Origin: Candidatus Bathyarchaeota archaeon
GTDB lineage: Archaea; Thermoproteota; Bathyarchaeia; Bathyarchaeales; Bathycorpusculaceae
Direction: 5' to 3'
NCBI GenBank assembly: GCA_963775685.1
Contig: CAVZJV010000014.1
Location: forward strand, 1,280,001-1,344,000
Length of the DNA stretch: 64,000 nucleotides
Part shown: positions 20,571-30,672 of the stretch, in pieces
How the letters are laid out: the number at the start of each line of letters is the position of its first letter
Position numbering within the stretch: the first letter of the stretch is position 1
Program-made: the position numbers and the translations under genes
The notes under the pieces: generated by a model
The model's input: the letters and a program-made list of their open reading frames with translations, nothing else
What the model was told of the DNA's origin: nothing
The model's database searches: none

Positions 20571-21607
20571 CCCACATGTATTTTCTTTAAAATTTCCCTG
20601 TAAACGGTCAAAGCAGTTTTTTCATCCGCAACCCCTTTTATCAGCATGCGCCCACCCTTGAAGAGACTAACCTCATATGTCTTGTAATCAAACATTAAGG
20701 CTAACTTTGATTTCAAACGCACATGGAAAGTCTCGTTAACCTGTGGGTAAACCTCTTCAAGGTTGAGTTTTAGGGGTTTTTCGGGGTTGATGTTGGCGGT
20801 TTCTTTGCCACATAGCCAAACCAGCCGCTCGCCGCCCGCAATCGACGCGATTTCGCCGTGGCATACTGGACAGCGTGTGTTTTTTGAGATATCTATGGTT
20901 GTGAAGTCATTGTCGCTGAAGTCACAAACCAACAGCTTATTCTTCAATGGGGAGCCCATGCCTGTTAGTATTTTTATGGTTTCCATGGCTTGCAGGGCAC
21001 CAATTATCCCAGTTGTTGCGCCCAAAACCCCTCTTGTGTTGCATGTTAGTAAGTCTGAGTCGGAAAGGTTAGGCATCAAACATTCTAAGCAACCAGTTTC
21101 AGGCGGAGCAAACACGGACAGGTTGCCTTCGATGCCTATGGCTGCACCAAAAACGTATGGAATCCCCAGTTTCACACAGGCACGATTAACAAAGTAGCGC
21201 GTAATCATGTTATCTAACCCATCAACCACGCAGTCAACGCCTTTCAGGAGGCGCTCAACGTTGTCTGCATTGACGTTTTCAGGAATCGCTTCCACAGTTA
21301 CGAGGGGATTTTGCTTTTCGAGCCTTTTAGAAGCGACCTCGGTTTTGGAGTAGTGGAGGTCGTCAGTGTTGTAGAGAATTTGGCGGTGCAGGTTGTGGAG
21401 TTCGATGGTGTCTTGGTCGATTAAGTGGATGTAGCCAACGCCCGCCAAAGCAAGGTAGAGTGATGACACGGTTCCCAATCCGCCTGCGCCGACTATGGCG
21501 ACTTTGGATTCAACGAGCTTCTGCTGCCCCTTCTCACCCAACTCTTTAAGTATGGTTTGGCGACTGTAGAACTTCTTTGCAAACGCCGTTTTTTCTGCCT
21601 CATCCAA
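20567..21607 (-). CDS. ThiF/MoeB/HesA-family E1-like adenylyltransferase
   Basis: Motifs YSRQ, VGAGGLG, DQDTIELHNLHRQ, GCLECL, CPVC and the C-terminal WLCG domain. Confidence 0.92.
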   Translation of the reverse strand: MDEAEKTAFAKKFYSRQTILKELGEKGQQKLVESKVAIVGAGGLGTVSSLYLALAGVGYIHLIDQDTIELHNLHRQILYNTDDLHYSKTEVASKRLEKQNPLVTVEAIPENVNADNVERLLKGVDCVVDGLDNMITRYFVNRACVKLGIPYVFGAAIGIEGNLSVFAPPETGCLECLMPNLSDSDLLTCNTRGVLGATTGIIGALQAMETIKILTGMGSPLKNKLLVCDFSDNDFTTIDISKNTRCPVCHGEIASIAGGERLVWLCGKETANINPEKPLKLNLEEVYPQVNETFHVRLKSKLALMFDYKTYEVSLFKGGRMLIKGVADEKTALTVYREILKKIHVG

Positions 21608-21624
21608 CTGACTGAACGCCCTTG

Positions 21625-23323
21625 TTATTGTGTGCTATATTTGCCTTTATTGCGGAACTGCCTATCATATATTTCCCTAACTCGACCAAGCGTGTCAGCT
21701 TCCTCAGGTGTTTTGTCTTCTCTTATGCGGGTGATTCTAGCAAAACGAAGCGCCATCTTACTCAAGTATTTAGGGGGCTTTGTTGGATTTCATTATATGC
21801 AACTTGCACCACGATTTTGGGCATGACGATCATGCGATGACCTTCTTGGTCGAGGGCTGATTCTTTTAGGCGCTTGGTTAACTCAATGATTTCAGCGTCA
21901 GTTAAGCCTTTAACGTCTTGCCCACATTCAAAAACTCGCCCGTTACTCCGTCTCTTGCAGCAAGATAATAATCGGAGAGCCAGCCCTTTCGTCTGCCATA
22001 ACCGTACTCAGCCGCTGTGATGACAAGATCTAAAGGTTCAAGAATTGTTTTGATTTTTAGCCAACGTTTGCCCCGTCGCCCAGGCATGTATGGGCTATTG
22101 AGCTTTTTTGCCATTAACCCTTCGTATCCAGCGTCAATGGCCTCTTGGAGGAACTCCTGTGCCTGTGTTGGCTGGTCAATGACCATTTGGCTGGTCAAGA
22201 GAATTTCGCCTACGTTTTGGTCTAAAATTTTTCTGCGTTCGGCGTAGGGTTGAGTAATTAGACTTTTACCGTTCAAATAGAGAATATCGAATAGGTATAG
22301 AGTTAAGGGAACCTTCTTTGCCATATCACTGACACCTCGAATGCGTTTGAACCTGCGCATCAAGTGCTGAAAAGCAATAGGGAAACCAGCGCTATCCACC
22401 GAGATTACTTCTCCCTCCACAATGATAGATTGAGCAAAAAGATTTTGTTCGACGATTTCCACTATTTCAGGCAGACTCTCAGTTACATCGGTTAATCTTC
22501 TGCTGAAGATTTTTACTCTACCGTTTTGCTTGTGAATTTGCACTCTTGCCCCATCATACTTGTACTCGAAACCGGATTTGCCGCCATGCACAGTCAAGGC
22601 TTCGTTGACAGACTGCCCGGTTTGCGCAAGCATGAGCTTTACAGGGCGAAAAACAGCAAAACCTACATTTTCAAGGGCAAGGGGACCTTGGGTTTTTAGG
22701 ATCTCTGCAACTTCACCTATGTCGCCTAAAACCATGCTGGCATACTGAACACTTTGGAGCGGAACATTAAAGGCTAGTGCAATCGCTTGCTCCATTAAAC
22801 CTTCATGCAAGCCTGTACGCATTTCTCCAAGTGAAAATCTTAACAAGATATTTGGCTTCAATTGGAGAGGCTTGGCTCATCAGGGTGGTGACTAGGCGTT
22901 CTTTTTTGGTTCTAGTCCCTGACCCTTGTACCTTTGCAATGGCTTCAAATGCATGATTAGCTTCGGTTATGGTTAGGTATGTTTGGGTTAGTTGGGTTTG
23001 TTTTTTAGGCTTGGAACCTTCAAGAACGATTTGGGTAGCTGAGCCGATATCACCTGTGCTTGACATAGTCTGGCGGAAAAAGTCCCAATCGAATGCGCTT
23101 ATGCGCTTGAAGATACGGGTAAGAGTTGACCAGCTCAGGTATCTAGGGTTTTTTGGCTGTTCTTTGGGAAAGCTCGGCCTACCATCATGTTTACGGCAGA
23201 CTTTATCTCTTCGGAATCCAGCGTTTTTATGTAGTGGGCAGTTTGCTCTATAATTTCGAGTCGTCTTTTGGTCGCTTCGACCTTTTCAAGAAGTTCAGAG
23301 AGGGATTTGAAGAGTGCAGGCAT
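21625..23323 (-). CDS. lig: ATP-dependent DNA ligase; 4 apparent frameshifts
   Basis: Motifs EYKYDGARVQIH, EGE, FDILYLNG, EGLMAK, WLKIK and C-terminal ALRFARITRIREDK. Pieces 23135-23323, 22803-23066, 21902-22861 and a tail to 21625. Confidence 0.88.
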
Positions 23324-23495
23324 CGGTTAAACCCAAAAGTGCTGACGCTATAACTAGCTCTTTAAGCTTAATTAATTATAACCTGCATTAACAACATGCT
23401 TGGAACCGAGAGTGTGCACAATTTTATGTACCAGTCAACGTTTTTGGTTTTATGGAAGCATCTTAACTATTTAGGCTCTTTGTTAACATATCAGG

Positions 23496-23561
23496 TTACA
23501 AGAGATATTCAATTTCCTTCTGCAGCTTCACTTCAAATTTTACTTGTTCAGTTAACGGCAT
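23496..23561 (-). pseudogene. Truncated AbrB-like gene start (MPLTEQVKFEVKLQKEIEYLL*)
   Basis: First 9 residues identical to the protein at 53638-53916, then an early stop. Confidence 0.7.
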
Positions 23562-23709
23562 TGTTGTTCTTCTCCCATGATCCGTTGACTTTTCATGACG
23601 TTTTGTGACGTTTCCAGACGCAACCTGCAAACACCACAACCCCTAAATTAAAGAACCACCCCAAAAATAAGCTTTCAGCATAGCAAATTCAAGTGTTGTT
23701 GTTCTCTTA
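23536..23709 (-). repeat. 174-bp repeat, copy A (exact reverse complement of 53490-53663)
   Basis: Checked base by base; no mismatch or indel found. Confidence 0.95.
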
Positions 23710-23852
23710 ACACAACAAAAAATTTCCAGAAAACCCTCAACCAATAAGACCCAACAAAACATAAAAAAATTAATGCTGACACCGAATCTAAAAGAAACTA
23801 ACTGTAAAAAGTGAGGCATGGTGGAACCTAAAAAAACAGGTTCAGACAGCGG

Positions 23853-24257
23853 TTAGGAGAACACTGAAAAAGATGATTCGCCTTCAGGCTCTTGCCGTTT
23901 CTTGTTTAAACCATCAATTTTCTTGGTTAACTCATCAGCTTCTTTGGTGTTGCCCAATGCTCTTTGGCTCTCCCGTGCCTGCTCAAAAGCGCTTATGCCA
24001 TATCTGTCAAATCCTTTGCTAAGTGAGATGTCAGCGGATTTGGTGAACAATTCAACAGCTTTCTCGAATTCTTTGAGGACAAAGCTGCATTCACCTGCTT
24101 TATAGTTCATTTCTGCAGAGCCAAAATAGTTCTGTCCTTTGTAGTAGAGTTCAGCTACTTTGACGTATAAGTCGCGTGCTTCTGTGTATTTGCAGTTTTC
24201 CATTAACGCGTTAGCATCTTTGTGCATCTTAATTGGATCTTCTCTAACTGTACTCAT
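23853..24257 (-). CDS. TPR/SNAP-like alpha-helical repeat protein
   Basis: Repeated A..Y.KA-type helices (ARDLYVKVAELY, SAEMNYKAGEC, AVELFTKSAD). Confidence 0.7.
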   Translation of the reverse strand: MSTVREDPIKMHKDANALMENCKYTEARDLYVKVAELYYKGQNYFGSAEMNYKAGECSFVLKEFEKAVELFTKSADISLSKGFDRYGISAFEQARESQRALGNTKEADELTKKIDGLNKKRQEPEGESSFSVFS

Positions 24258-24450
24258 TTTATGCAACCCTTGATGTTTGTATTATCCATCGAGGAAGTAA
24301 CATTTAGATTTTCCCCTTCCACAACGGTTTCTTTAGCGTTCAAAAAAACTCTAGCCCCAATATTAAAAAGCAAATTCCTATCGGCGCAAGTTTTATCAAA
24401 GATGTTTTTATAGGGCACCTTAAAGGTAGTATCTCTGAACCTATAACGCT

Positions 24451-25020
24451 GTGAAAACTATGGATAACAAGCAAAACCCAAAAGCAAAGCAACAAGGATT
24501 TACCCAATCGGTCGCTTTCAGAATTACCGTCGCCGCCGTTTTCGCAGCGCTCGTGTTTGTGGTAACTTCACAGATTCCACCCATTCCCATACCCACCACG
24601 TCAGGCTACTTCAACATTGGAGAAACAACAATCTACGCAGCTGCTTTAGTTTTTGGTCCACTGGTCGGAGTCATAGCAGGCGGGATAGGCTCAGCGCTAT
24701 CTGACATCTACTTGGGCTATGCTCTGTTCGCTCCAGGCACTCTGGCTATCAAGGGAGCCGAAGGCTTAATCGTCGGGTTCCTAAATATGCACCTAAGAAA
24801 ATACATCAAAAACCTCACCTTGTGCGCCACAATCTCGGTCATCGCTGGAGGATTAGAAATGGTTACAGGATATTTCCTCTACGAACAATTCATAGTGGGC
24901 TCAGTTGCAATAGCAGAGGCTCCATTCAACATTGTTCAGATGCTAATCGGCTTAGTAGTCGCAGTGCCAGTGATGCATGCTGTTTTCCGTGTAATCCCAC
25001 AGCTTAAAAGCCAGTTTTAA
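24451..25020 (+). CDS. ECF transporter S component
   Basis: Motifs AVFAALVFV, GYFNIGE, GGIGSALSD and APGTLAIKGAEG. Confidence 0.88.
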   Translation: MKTMDNKQNPKAKQQGFTQSVAFRITVAAVFAALVFVVTSQIPPIPIPTTSGYFNIGETTIYAAALVFGPLVGVIAGGIGSALSDIYLGYALFAPGTLAIKGAEGLIVGFLNMHLRKYIKNLTLCATISVIAGGLEMVTGYFLYEQFIVGSVAIAEAPFNIVQMLIGLVVAVPVMHAVFRVIPQLKSQF

Positions 25021-25033
25021 CAGAGAATAACCT

Positions 25034-26041
25034 ATGAAGCTTCCGCCTGGAAAAATCCCAATAGAAATCCTCAAAGAAGTGGTTTTTAAGAATCTTGGCG
25101 CGCCACGCAACGAAGTCACGTTAGGACCAACCGCAGGAGTAGACGGCGCGGTTCTTGATTTCGGCAACAAAAACGTAGTGGTCTCCATGGATCCAATAAC
25201 GGGCGCGGTTGAACGCGTCGGATGGGAAGCTATAAACGTAAACGCCAACGACGTCGCAACCTTCGGCGTAGAACCAGCTTTCTTATTCTCATGCATCATG
25301 CTTCCAGAAAACTCAGACAGCAAAATGGTCGAAACCATAAGCATCCAGATGCACAACGCAGCCAAAGACCTTGGTATAGCAATCGTTGGGGGGCACTGCG
25401 AATCCACCCCCGGCTTAGCAAACCCCATCGTGGTGGGCTGCATTATGGGCTTAACCGAAAAAGGCAAATACGTCACCGCTGCAGGCGCCCAAGCAGGAGA
25501 CAAACTGATTCTGACCAAGAGCGCAGGTATCGAGGGAACAGCCATCTTAGCCTCCGACCGAGAAGCTCAACTCTCAAAAACCTTCAGCCCAACACTGCTT
25601 GAAACCGCCAAAGGCTTCTTCAACCAAATCAGTGTAGTAAAAGATGCTTTGACCGCTTATAAGGCAGGCGGAGTCCACGCGATGCACGACCCAACCGAAG
25701 GCGGCATCCTAAACGGAATTCACGAAATGGCAGACGCCGCAAGTTTAGGCACCACCGTCTTTGAAGAGAAAATTACAGTCGAGCCTGAAACCGCTAAAAT
25801 CTGCAGGTTCTACGAAATTGACCCATTGCAACTAATTAGCTCAGGTGCCCTGCTTATAGCAGCTGACCCACAAGCAGCAAGCAAAATAGTCGAGGAATTG
25901 TGCCAAGAGCATGTTTACGCTGAAATAATCGGTGAATTCAACCCAAACCCAAACAAACGCATACTCAAGCACAAAGATGACTCAGCAGAGATGTTACCAA
26001 GACCAGTCTCAGACCATCTTTGGATCGCATTATCACGTTAA
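25034..26041 (+). CDS. AIR synthase-related (PurM-fold) ATP-binding protein
   Basis: Motifs GVDGAV, SMDPITG, NANDVA, GGHCE, AMHDPTEGG and DPLQLISSG. Confidence 0.85.
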   Translation: MKLPPGKIPIEILKEVVFKNLGAPRNEVTLGPTAGVDGAVLDFGNKNVVVSMDPITGAVERVGWEAINVNANDVATFGVEPAFLFSCIMLPENSDSKMVETISIQMHNAAKDLGIAIVGGHCESTPGLANPIVVGCIMGLTEKGKYVTAAGAQAGDKLILTKSAGIEGTAILASDREAQLSKTFSPTLLETAKGFFNQISVVKDALTAYKAGGVHAMHDPTEGGILNGIHEMADAASLGTTVFEEKITVEPETAKICRFYEIDPLQLISSGALLIAADPQAASKIVEELCQEHVYAEIIGEFNPNPNKRILKHKDDSAEMLPRPVSDHLWIALSR

Positions 26042-26249
26042 ACTGCCCCCAAACCCGTTAACGGCATCTAATCACACACCCAAAAAAACGCAAAGACATA
26101 GTCGGATCACGATTTATGTTAAAGCATTCTAAGCATTTCTCTGCAAATATGCAAAAAGGCGTGGAACGGTACCAATCAAAATAGAATAATGCTTTTTATA
26201 GTTCTAACATGAGATAAGTAATAACAATTAAGCGGCTAGTGACACTTAT

Positions 26250-27293
26250 TTGACCTCAGATTTCAAGAAAGCAGCATCAATAGCGGCACGATCACTTGCT
26301 TCTGGCAAACCTCATCATGCTCAGTGGCTAGTCACTAGAAAATGTAATTATCAATGCCGCGGCTGCAACGTCTGGAAAGAACAGGACCAAAGAGAACTCA
26401 CAGCCAACGAAATCAAGAAAGGCTTAGATATTCTAAAAAAACTTGGCATAGTTGAGCTTGTTCTTTCAGGTGGAGATCCCCTGCTCCGAGATGACATAGG
26501 AGAAATAATCGATTACGCCTCAAAACTATTTGTTACCACTGTTTATGATAATGGGAGCATGGCTGCAAAAAAAATCGATTTACTGCGAAAAGTGGACTTC
26601 GTCGCAATTTCAATAGACAGTTTAGATGAAGCAAAGAATGATTACATCAAAGCTGTGCCAGGCGCCTGGAAAAATGCCACTCAAACCGTAGATACCCTCC
26701 ACAAAGAAGGAGTAAAAGTAAGCGTTACCCCGACGATTTCGCAAAAAAACCTCTATGAAATCATTGATTTAACCAACCATTTTACAGGCAAAGGAATCCC
26801 AGTTTGGTACTGCCTCTATGCGTATGACACTTCTGCAGATAATAAACAACTGTTTAAGATTGGCAAAGCAAACAACGAGTTCGTCATAACAGATAGACAA
26901 GCAATGGTTAACCTTTGCAATTCGCTCTTTGAGATGAAAAAGAAAAACAAGAAAATCCTCATGACCAACAAGCTGTTGGAGGCAGTGAGGAGAATCTATG
27001 AGGAAGATAGTCAGAGAACATGGAAGTGCCAAGCACTAAATCAGTTCCTAGTTATTGACCATTTGGGCAGAGTTGCCGGTTGCCACAGTCACAACTTTGC
27101 TGGCTCAATTTTTGATTTGCCCCGAAAATGGAAAAGTCCAGAATTTAAGGAACTGCGAGAAACTTACCATGAATGTACACAATGTAACTACCTCTGCTAT
27201 GTGTTCTATTCTATTCATGGAAGCCCATCGGGCCACCTGTCATTAGCTAAGGACCAGTGGAAAAACGCAAAGCTACTTTTCCAAAAAAGTTAA
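26250..27293 (+). CDS. Radical SAM protein with SPASM/twitch-like C-terminus
   Basis: CNYQCRGC (CxxxCxxC), SGGDPLLR, ISIDS; C-terminal C...GC...CTQCNYLC. Confidence 0.9.
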   Translation: MTSDFKKAASIAARSLASGKPHHAQWLVTRKCNYQCRGCNVWKEQDQRELTANEIKKGLDILKKLGIVELVLSGGDPLLRDDIGEIIDYASKLFVTTVYDNGSMAAKKIDLLRKVDFVAISIDSLDEAKNDYIKAVPGAWKNATQTVDTLHKEGVKVSVTPTISQKNLYEIIDLTNHFTGKGIPVWYCLYAYDTSADNKQLFKIGKANNEFVITDRQAMVNLCNSLFEMKKKNKKILMTNKLLEAVRRIYEEDSQRTWKCQALNQFLVIDHLGRVAGCHSHNFAGSIFDLPRKWKSPEFKELRETYHECTQCNYLCYVFYSIHGSPSGHLSLAKDQWKNAKLLFQKS

Positions 27294-27297
27294 GTAC

Positions 27298-27540
27298 CTA
27301 TTTTTTAGCAGAATCGGAAAAATCATCAGGAACCCCCCCAGAAGACGGACCCTCAATCTTTGGTTCGTCGTCAAGATTATGCCAAGCCATTTTGGTGGGA
27401 TTAGTTTGTCCAAGAACACCCGTTATCAATCTTGGCCCTGCATCTTGGGGCTTTTTTAATTCAACAATCGCAGGCAAAAATAATAGCCCGACAGAAAATA
27501 CAGAAGCCAACGCCAAAACAACTAGCAACAAATCTATCAT
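27298..27540 (-). CDS. Small membrane-anchored hypothetical protein
   Basis: N-terminal TM helix and motif PAIVELKKPQDAGPRLI; operonic with the GT2 gene. Confidence 0.6.
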   Translation of the reverse strand: MIDLLLVVLALASVFSVGLLFLPAIVELKKPQDAGPRLITGVLGQTNPTKMAWHNLDDEPKIEGPSSGGVPDDFSDSAKK

Positions 27541-27558
27541 CTAAACAGCGGCACTCCA

Positions 27559-28857
27559 TTAGTTTGAATTCTCAATATAACAATTTCCGCTCCCAGAATG
27601 CATGGTTTTTTCCCAAACATGATTATTTTTTCTCATAATTTTTGAAGCCAACACATCAAAGAATGCTTTTAAGCAAATTGGAATATTAAAAAAGAAAGTG
27701 AATGACAAACAAGGAATCAACCATTGCGTTCTTGTTCGGCCATCTAAGTATAAACCCGCTCCGACCTCAAAAAAGGGAGCAAAATTTCCCACAAAACTGT
27801 AAAGAGAAATTGGTACTGACAGCCACAGAAACACAGTTAGCGAGAAACTTGAAAAATTTAAGAAAACAAGAGGCAACCCAACCAACAAGGATAACAAAAC
27901 CAAAATAGGCATAAAATAGATACTTAGCAACATAAAGCCATCGATTTTTTCTCTAAGGCTTAATTTTGGGCTCTTTATAAGATTCAAAGAATGCTTGAAG
28001 AAGCATTGCATGTGCCCCTTTGCCCACCTATACCGTTGGCGCTTGTAAGATTTCCAATTATCAACTGCTTCCTCATAGCATTCGGCGTCTACATTATACT
28101 TTACTCTGTAACCCGCTAGGTACACTCTGAAAGTTAAATCGGTGTCTTCAGCTAACATTGACTCATCCCAACCTTTCAAACTTTTGAGTATACTACTTCT
28201 AAAACCGCCCACTGTGCCGCCGAACTGTGTAATTAATCCTAAGTTATCTCGAGCTTCTTGGTCAACTCTGTACCCGCCTGTTCGCTCCAGTGCAACCATC
28301 CTAGTGACGAAGTTTTGAGGTTCATTTAGGACAACAACTCTACCCTGTACTGCGCCAATCCGTGGGTCGAGAAAGCTCTGAGTGAGCTTTTCAACGATAT
28401 CCTTCTGAGGATAATAATCAGCATCAAAACAAAGAATGATTTCACTCCTACATAGACTAAAACCATGATTCATCACTGAAGCTTTACCTTTTGCACCGTT
28501 GCTTTTGTCACGATGAACCACTTCGATGAATGGATACTTTTGCTGGTATTTGTATGCAATCTTTCCGGTTTGGTCACTTGAAGCGTCGTTTAGAACTATC
28601 ACTTGCATTTTGTCTTTTGGATAGGTAAATTTGATTATTTGTTGTAACAGTCGCCCGATAACATTTTCCTCGTTGTGTGCAGGGATAATAATGGAAACAG
28701 TGGGCTGGAATGTTGAGGGCCTTTGAGCGTCTATCGTTTTATTTTTTGAGTCTCTTAGAACTGAAAGTGTAAAAATGTAATGTCTGACTATGTACGCCAT
28801 CATGGTCAGGGTCAAAAGCAGGAAAAAACCTTCCAAGATTTCAAGGAACAAATTCAA
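27559..28857 (-). CDS. Membrane-bound processive GT2 glycosyltransferase (cellulose synthase/IcaA-like)
   Basis: Motifs IIPAHNEE, NDASSD, FDAD, AEDTD and QRYRW (QxxRW); multiple TM helices. Confidence 0.92.
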   Translation of the reverse strand: MNLFLEILEGFFLLLTLTMMAYIVRHYIFTLSVLRDSKNKTIDAQRPSTFQPTVSIIIPAHNEENVIGRLLQQIIKFTYPKDKMQVIVLNDASSDQTGKIAYKYQQKYPFIEVVHRDKSNGAKGKASVMNHGFSLCRSEIILCFDADYYPQKDIVEKLTQSFLDPRIGAVQGRVVVLNEPQNFVTRMVALERTGGYRVDQEARDNLGLITQFGGTVGGFRSSILKSLKGWDESMLAEDTDLTFRVYLAGYRVKYNVDAECYEEAVDNWKSYKRQRYRWAKGHMQCFFKHSLNLIKSPKLSLREKIDGFMLLSIYFMPILVLLSLLVGLPLVFLNFSSFSLTVFLWLSVPISLYSFVGNFAPFFEVGAGLYLDGRTRTQWLIPCLSFTFFFNIPICLKAFFDVLASKIMRKNNHVWEKTMHSGSGNCYIENSN

Positions 28858-29255
28858 AACTCCTTAATTACGCGATTATCTGGATGGACAAGTGTAAGGC
28901 TTAGGGACCAAAAGGAAACTATCCAAAGTGTAATGAAAAAAGGAAAGAAAATCAAACAAAAACTGTTAAAAGTTGAACCATAAATTTTTGATCCCGTGGC
29001 ATCCAAGATATTAAAGATAAAGTTCCAGCATAGACCTGTATAGTTTCCCACGACCAAAAGTGAAAGCTTAAGGTTTAAGGTTCCGTTTAGGTAAAAGAAC
29101 AAAGACGCGAAGATAAAATTGAAGATCACAAGAGTTGCTGTAGATTGAATTTGTGCACCTGAATTTGATTTGTAGAGAAGAAAGCTTGAGGCAATGAGAC
29201 AAAGAATAATGGCTTCCACTAAGAGAACAGACAGTATTCGATTTAAGACCTTCAC
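28854..29255 (-). CDS. Four-TM membrane protein
   Basis: Hydrophobic segments; its stop overlaps the GT2 start. Confidence 0.65.
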   Translation of the reverse strand: MKVLNRILSVLLVEAIILCLIASSFLLYKSNSGAQIQSTATLVIFNFIFASLFFYLNGTLNLKLSLLVVGNYTGLCWNFIFNILDATGSKIYGSTFNSFCLIFFPFFITLWIVSFWSLSLTLVHPDNRVIKEF

Positions 29256-29381
29256 TTTTGCCCCCTCTCCTTACCCAATATCATTTGTCTAGAGAGGGTC
29301 AATATTTTGGATTACAGTTTTAAGTCCTTTGGAATACAGTTAGGGAAGACAATACTAGAAGTTACCTCTATTTTTTAAAAG

Positions 29382-30008
29382 CTAAACAGAAATAGCTGAC
29401 AAAGCCACGTTATCAATCACTTTACAAAGAACTTCGAAGACTTCGTTTGCACTTAAATTGTCGGTATCTAAAATGAAGTCAAATGGTTTAAAGTCTTCAC
29501 CTAAACTAAAACCGTAAAGAGTTCGGTAAATGACTTTGGTGCGTGCCTCTTTCTCCTTCAACACCTCAAATGCTTGGTCAACAGTCATTCCATCTCTTAT
29601 CGCAACTCTCGCTACCCTTTTCTCGAATGATGCTTCCAGCCAGATTTTAAAGCCTTCCTCTAATAGCCAAGGCATAGTCCAACTGTCCAGAAGAACATTC
29701 CCCTTTTGAGCATACTCTAAAAGTTTATCATCAACTTCTTGGTCAAATTTTGGATCGTTTACTCTTTCATTAAGAAATTTCAAGCCTTCCGGGCTCTCCC
29801 ACCAACCTCGAACAGAAACATCATAACCTTCTTCTTTTGCGATTTCTTTTAAAACATCGCCTCCAGAATAATAGCCCAAGCCATATTTTTCAGCTAGTTT
29901 TTTGGATAGCGTGCTTTTTCCGGTTCCCGCCATTCCTGAAATGCAGATTACTGTTTGTTTGGGGAGTACGCAGAGTTTTTCTTGTTTGGCCATATGGCGT
30001 TCACCCAA
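29382..30008 (-). CDS. cmk: Archaeal cytidylate kinase
   Basis: Motifs ISGMAGTGKST, SGG and DTDNL; conserved position after DUF106. Confidence 0.88.
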   Translation of the reverse strand: MGERHMAKQEKLCVLPKQTVICISGMAGTGKSTLSKKLAEKYGLGYYSGGDVLKEIAKEEGYDVSVRGWWESPEGLKFLNERVNDPKFDQEVDDKLLEYAQKGNVLLDSWTMPWLLEEGFKIWLEASFEKRVARVAIRDGMTVDQAFEVLKEKEARTKVIYRTLYGFSLGEDFKPFDFILDTDNLSANEVFEVLCKVIDNVALSAISV

Positions 30009-30017
30009 AGTTCAACG

Positions 30018-30545
30018 TTATATTACGCCTTGTTCAATGGGCATTATGCCTATTATGCGTGAGGATAACAACCCGAAAAAGAGTGAACAGATTGGGTACC
30101 AGTAGAACACTGGAACAGCATTAGGAGATACAACAGACACGCCATTAACGATGTGATGTGCATTGGCGATTGTACCAATACCAGGTATGAAAGCCATCTG
30201 AGTGCTTCCAAATACAGGCGTCAATACTAAAAACCAGACAATGAGATACACGAAAGATATTCCAAACTGAACCATCTGGGGCTTCATCATTTTTGCCTGC
30301 ATGTTTTTTATCTGTGAGTCTTTCTTTTTGAGTCTTTCAACCTGTTTTTTATCGTTTGCGCGCATAGCCGCCATGGTTTCTGAGCGGTGCTCTGCCATTT
30401 CTTTCTGCATGACACGGTATTGTTCCCAGCCGACAAAGTAGTTAATTAAAACCCTGTTAATGCCAGAGTTTAAGAAAGCAATTCCAGCTGCAATAGCCAT
30501 AATGATTAAAGTTGCCAAAGGCAACGTGGTAACTACAGACATCAT
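30018..30545 (-). CDS. DUF106 / EMC3-TMCO1 (Oxa1 superfamily) membrane protein
   Basis: TM-coiled coil-TM-TM architecture, motif WYPICS, downstream of secY. Confidence 0.85.
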   Translation of the reverse strand: MMSVVTTLPLATLIIMAIAAGIAFLNSGINRVLINYFVGWEQYRVMQKEMAEHRSETMAAMRANDKKQVERLKKKDSQIKNMQAKMMKPQMVQFGISFVYLIVWFLVLTPVFGSTQMAFIPGIGTIANAHHIVNGVSVVSPNAVPVFYWYPICSLFFGLLSSRIIGIMPIEQGVI

Positions 30546-30672
30546 TTTTTCCTCTTACCGCTTTAAGCCTATGCCTACATGTTTCTTGTTAATAACTATT
30601 TTCACTTATTTAGGTTCTAAAGAGGGTAAGAAACTGTTTCTTTTAAAAAAAAGAAAAACTTTAATATTTCAG

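Noticed and set aside
21625-23323. Programmed frameshifting in the DNA ligase
   Set aside because: Four scattered indels are better explained by sequencing error or decay.
25034-26041. Second hypE
   Set aside because: It lacks the HGxGG start and C-terminal PRIC cysteine; the true hypE is at 46733.
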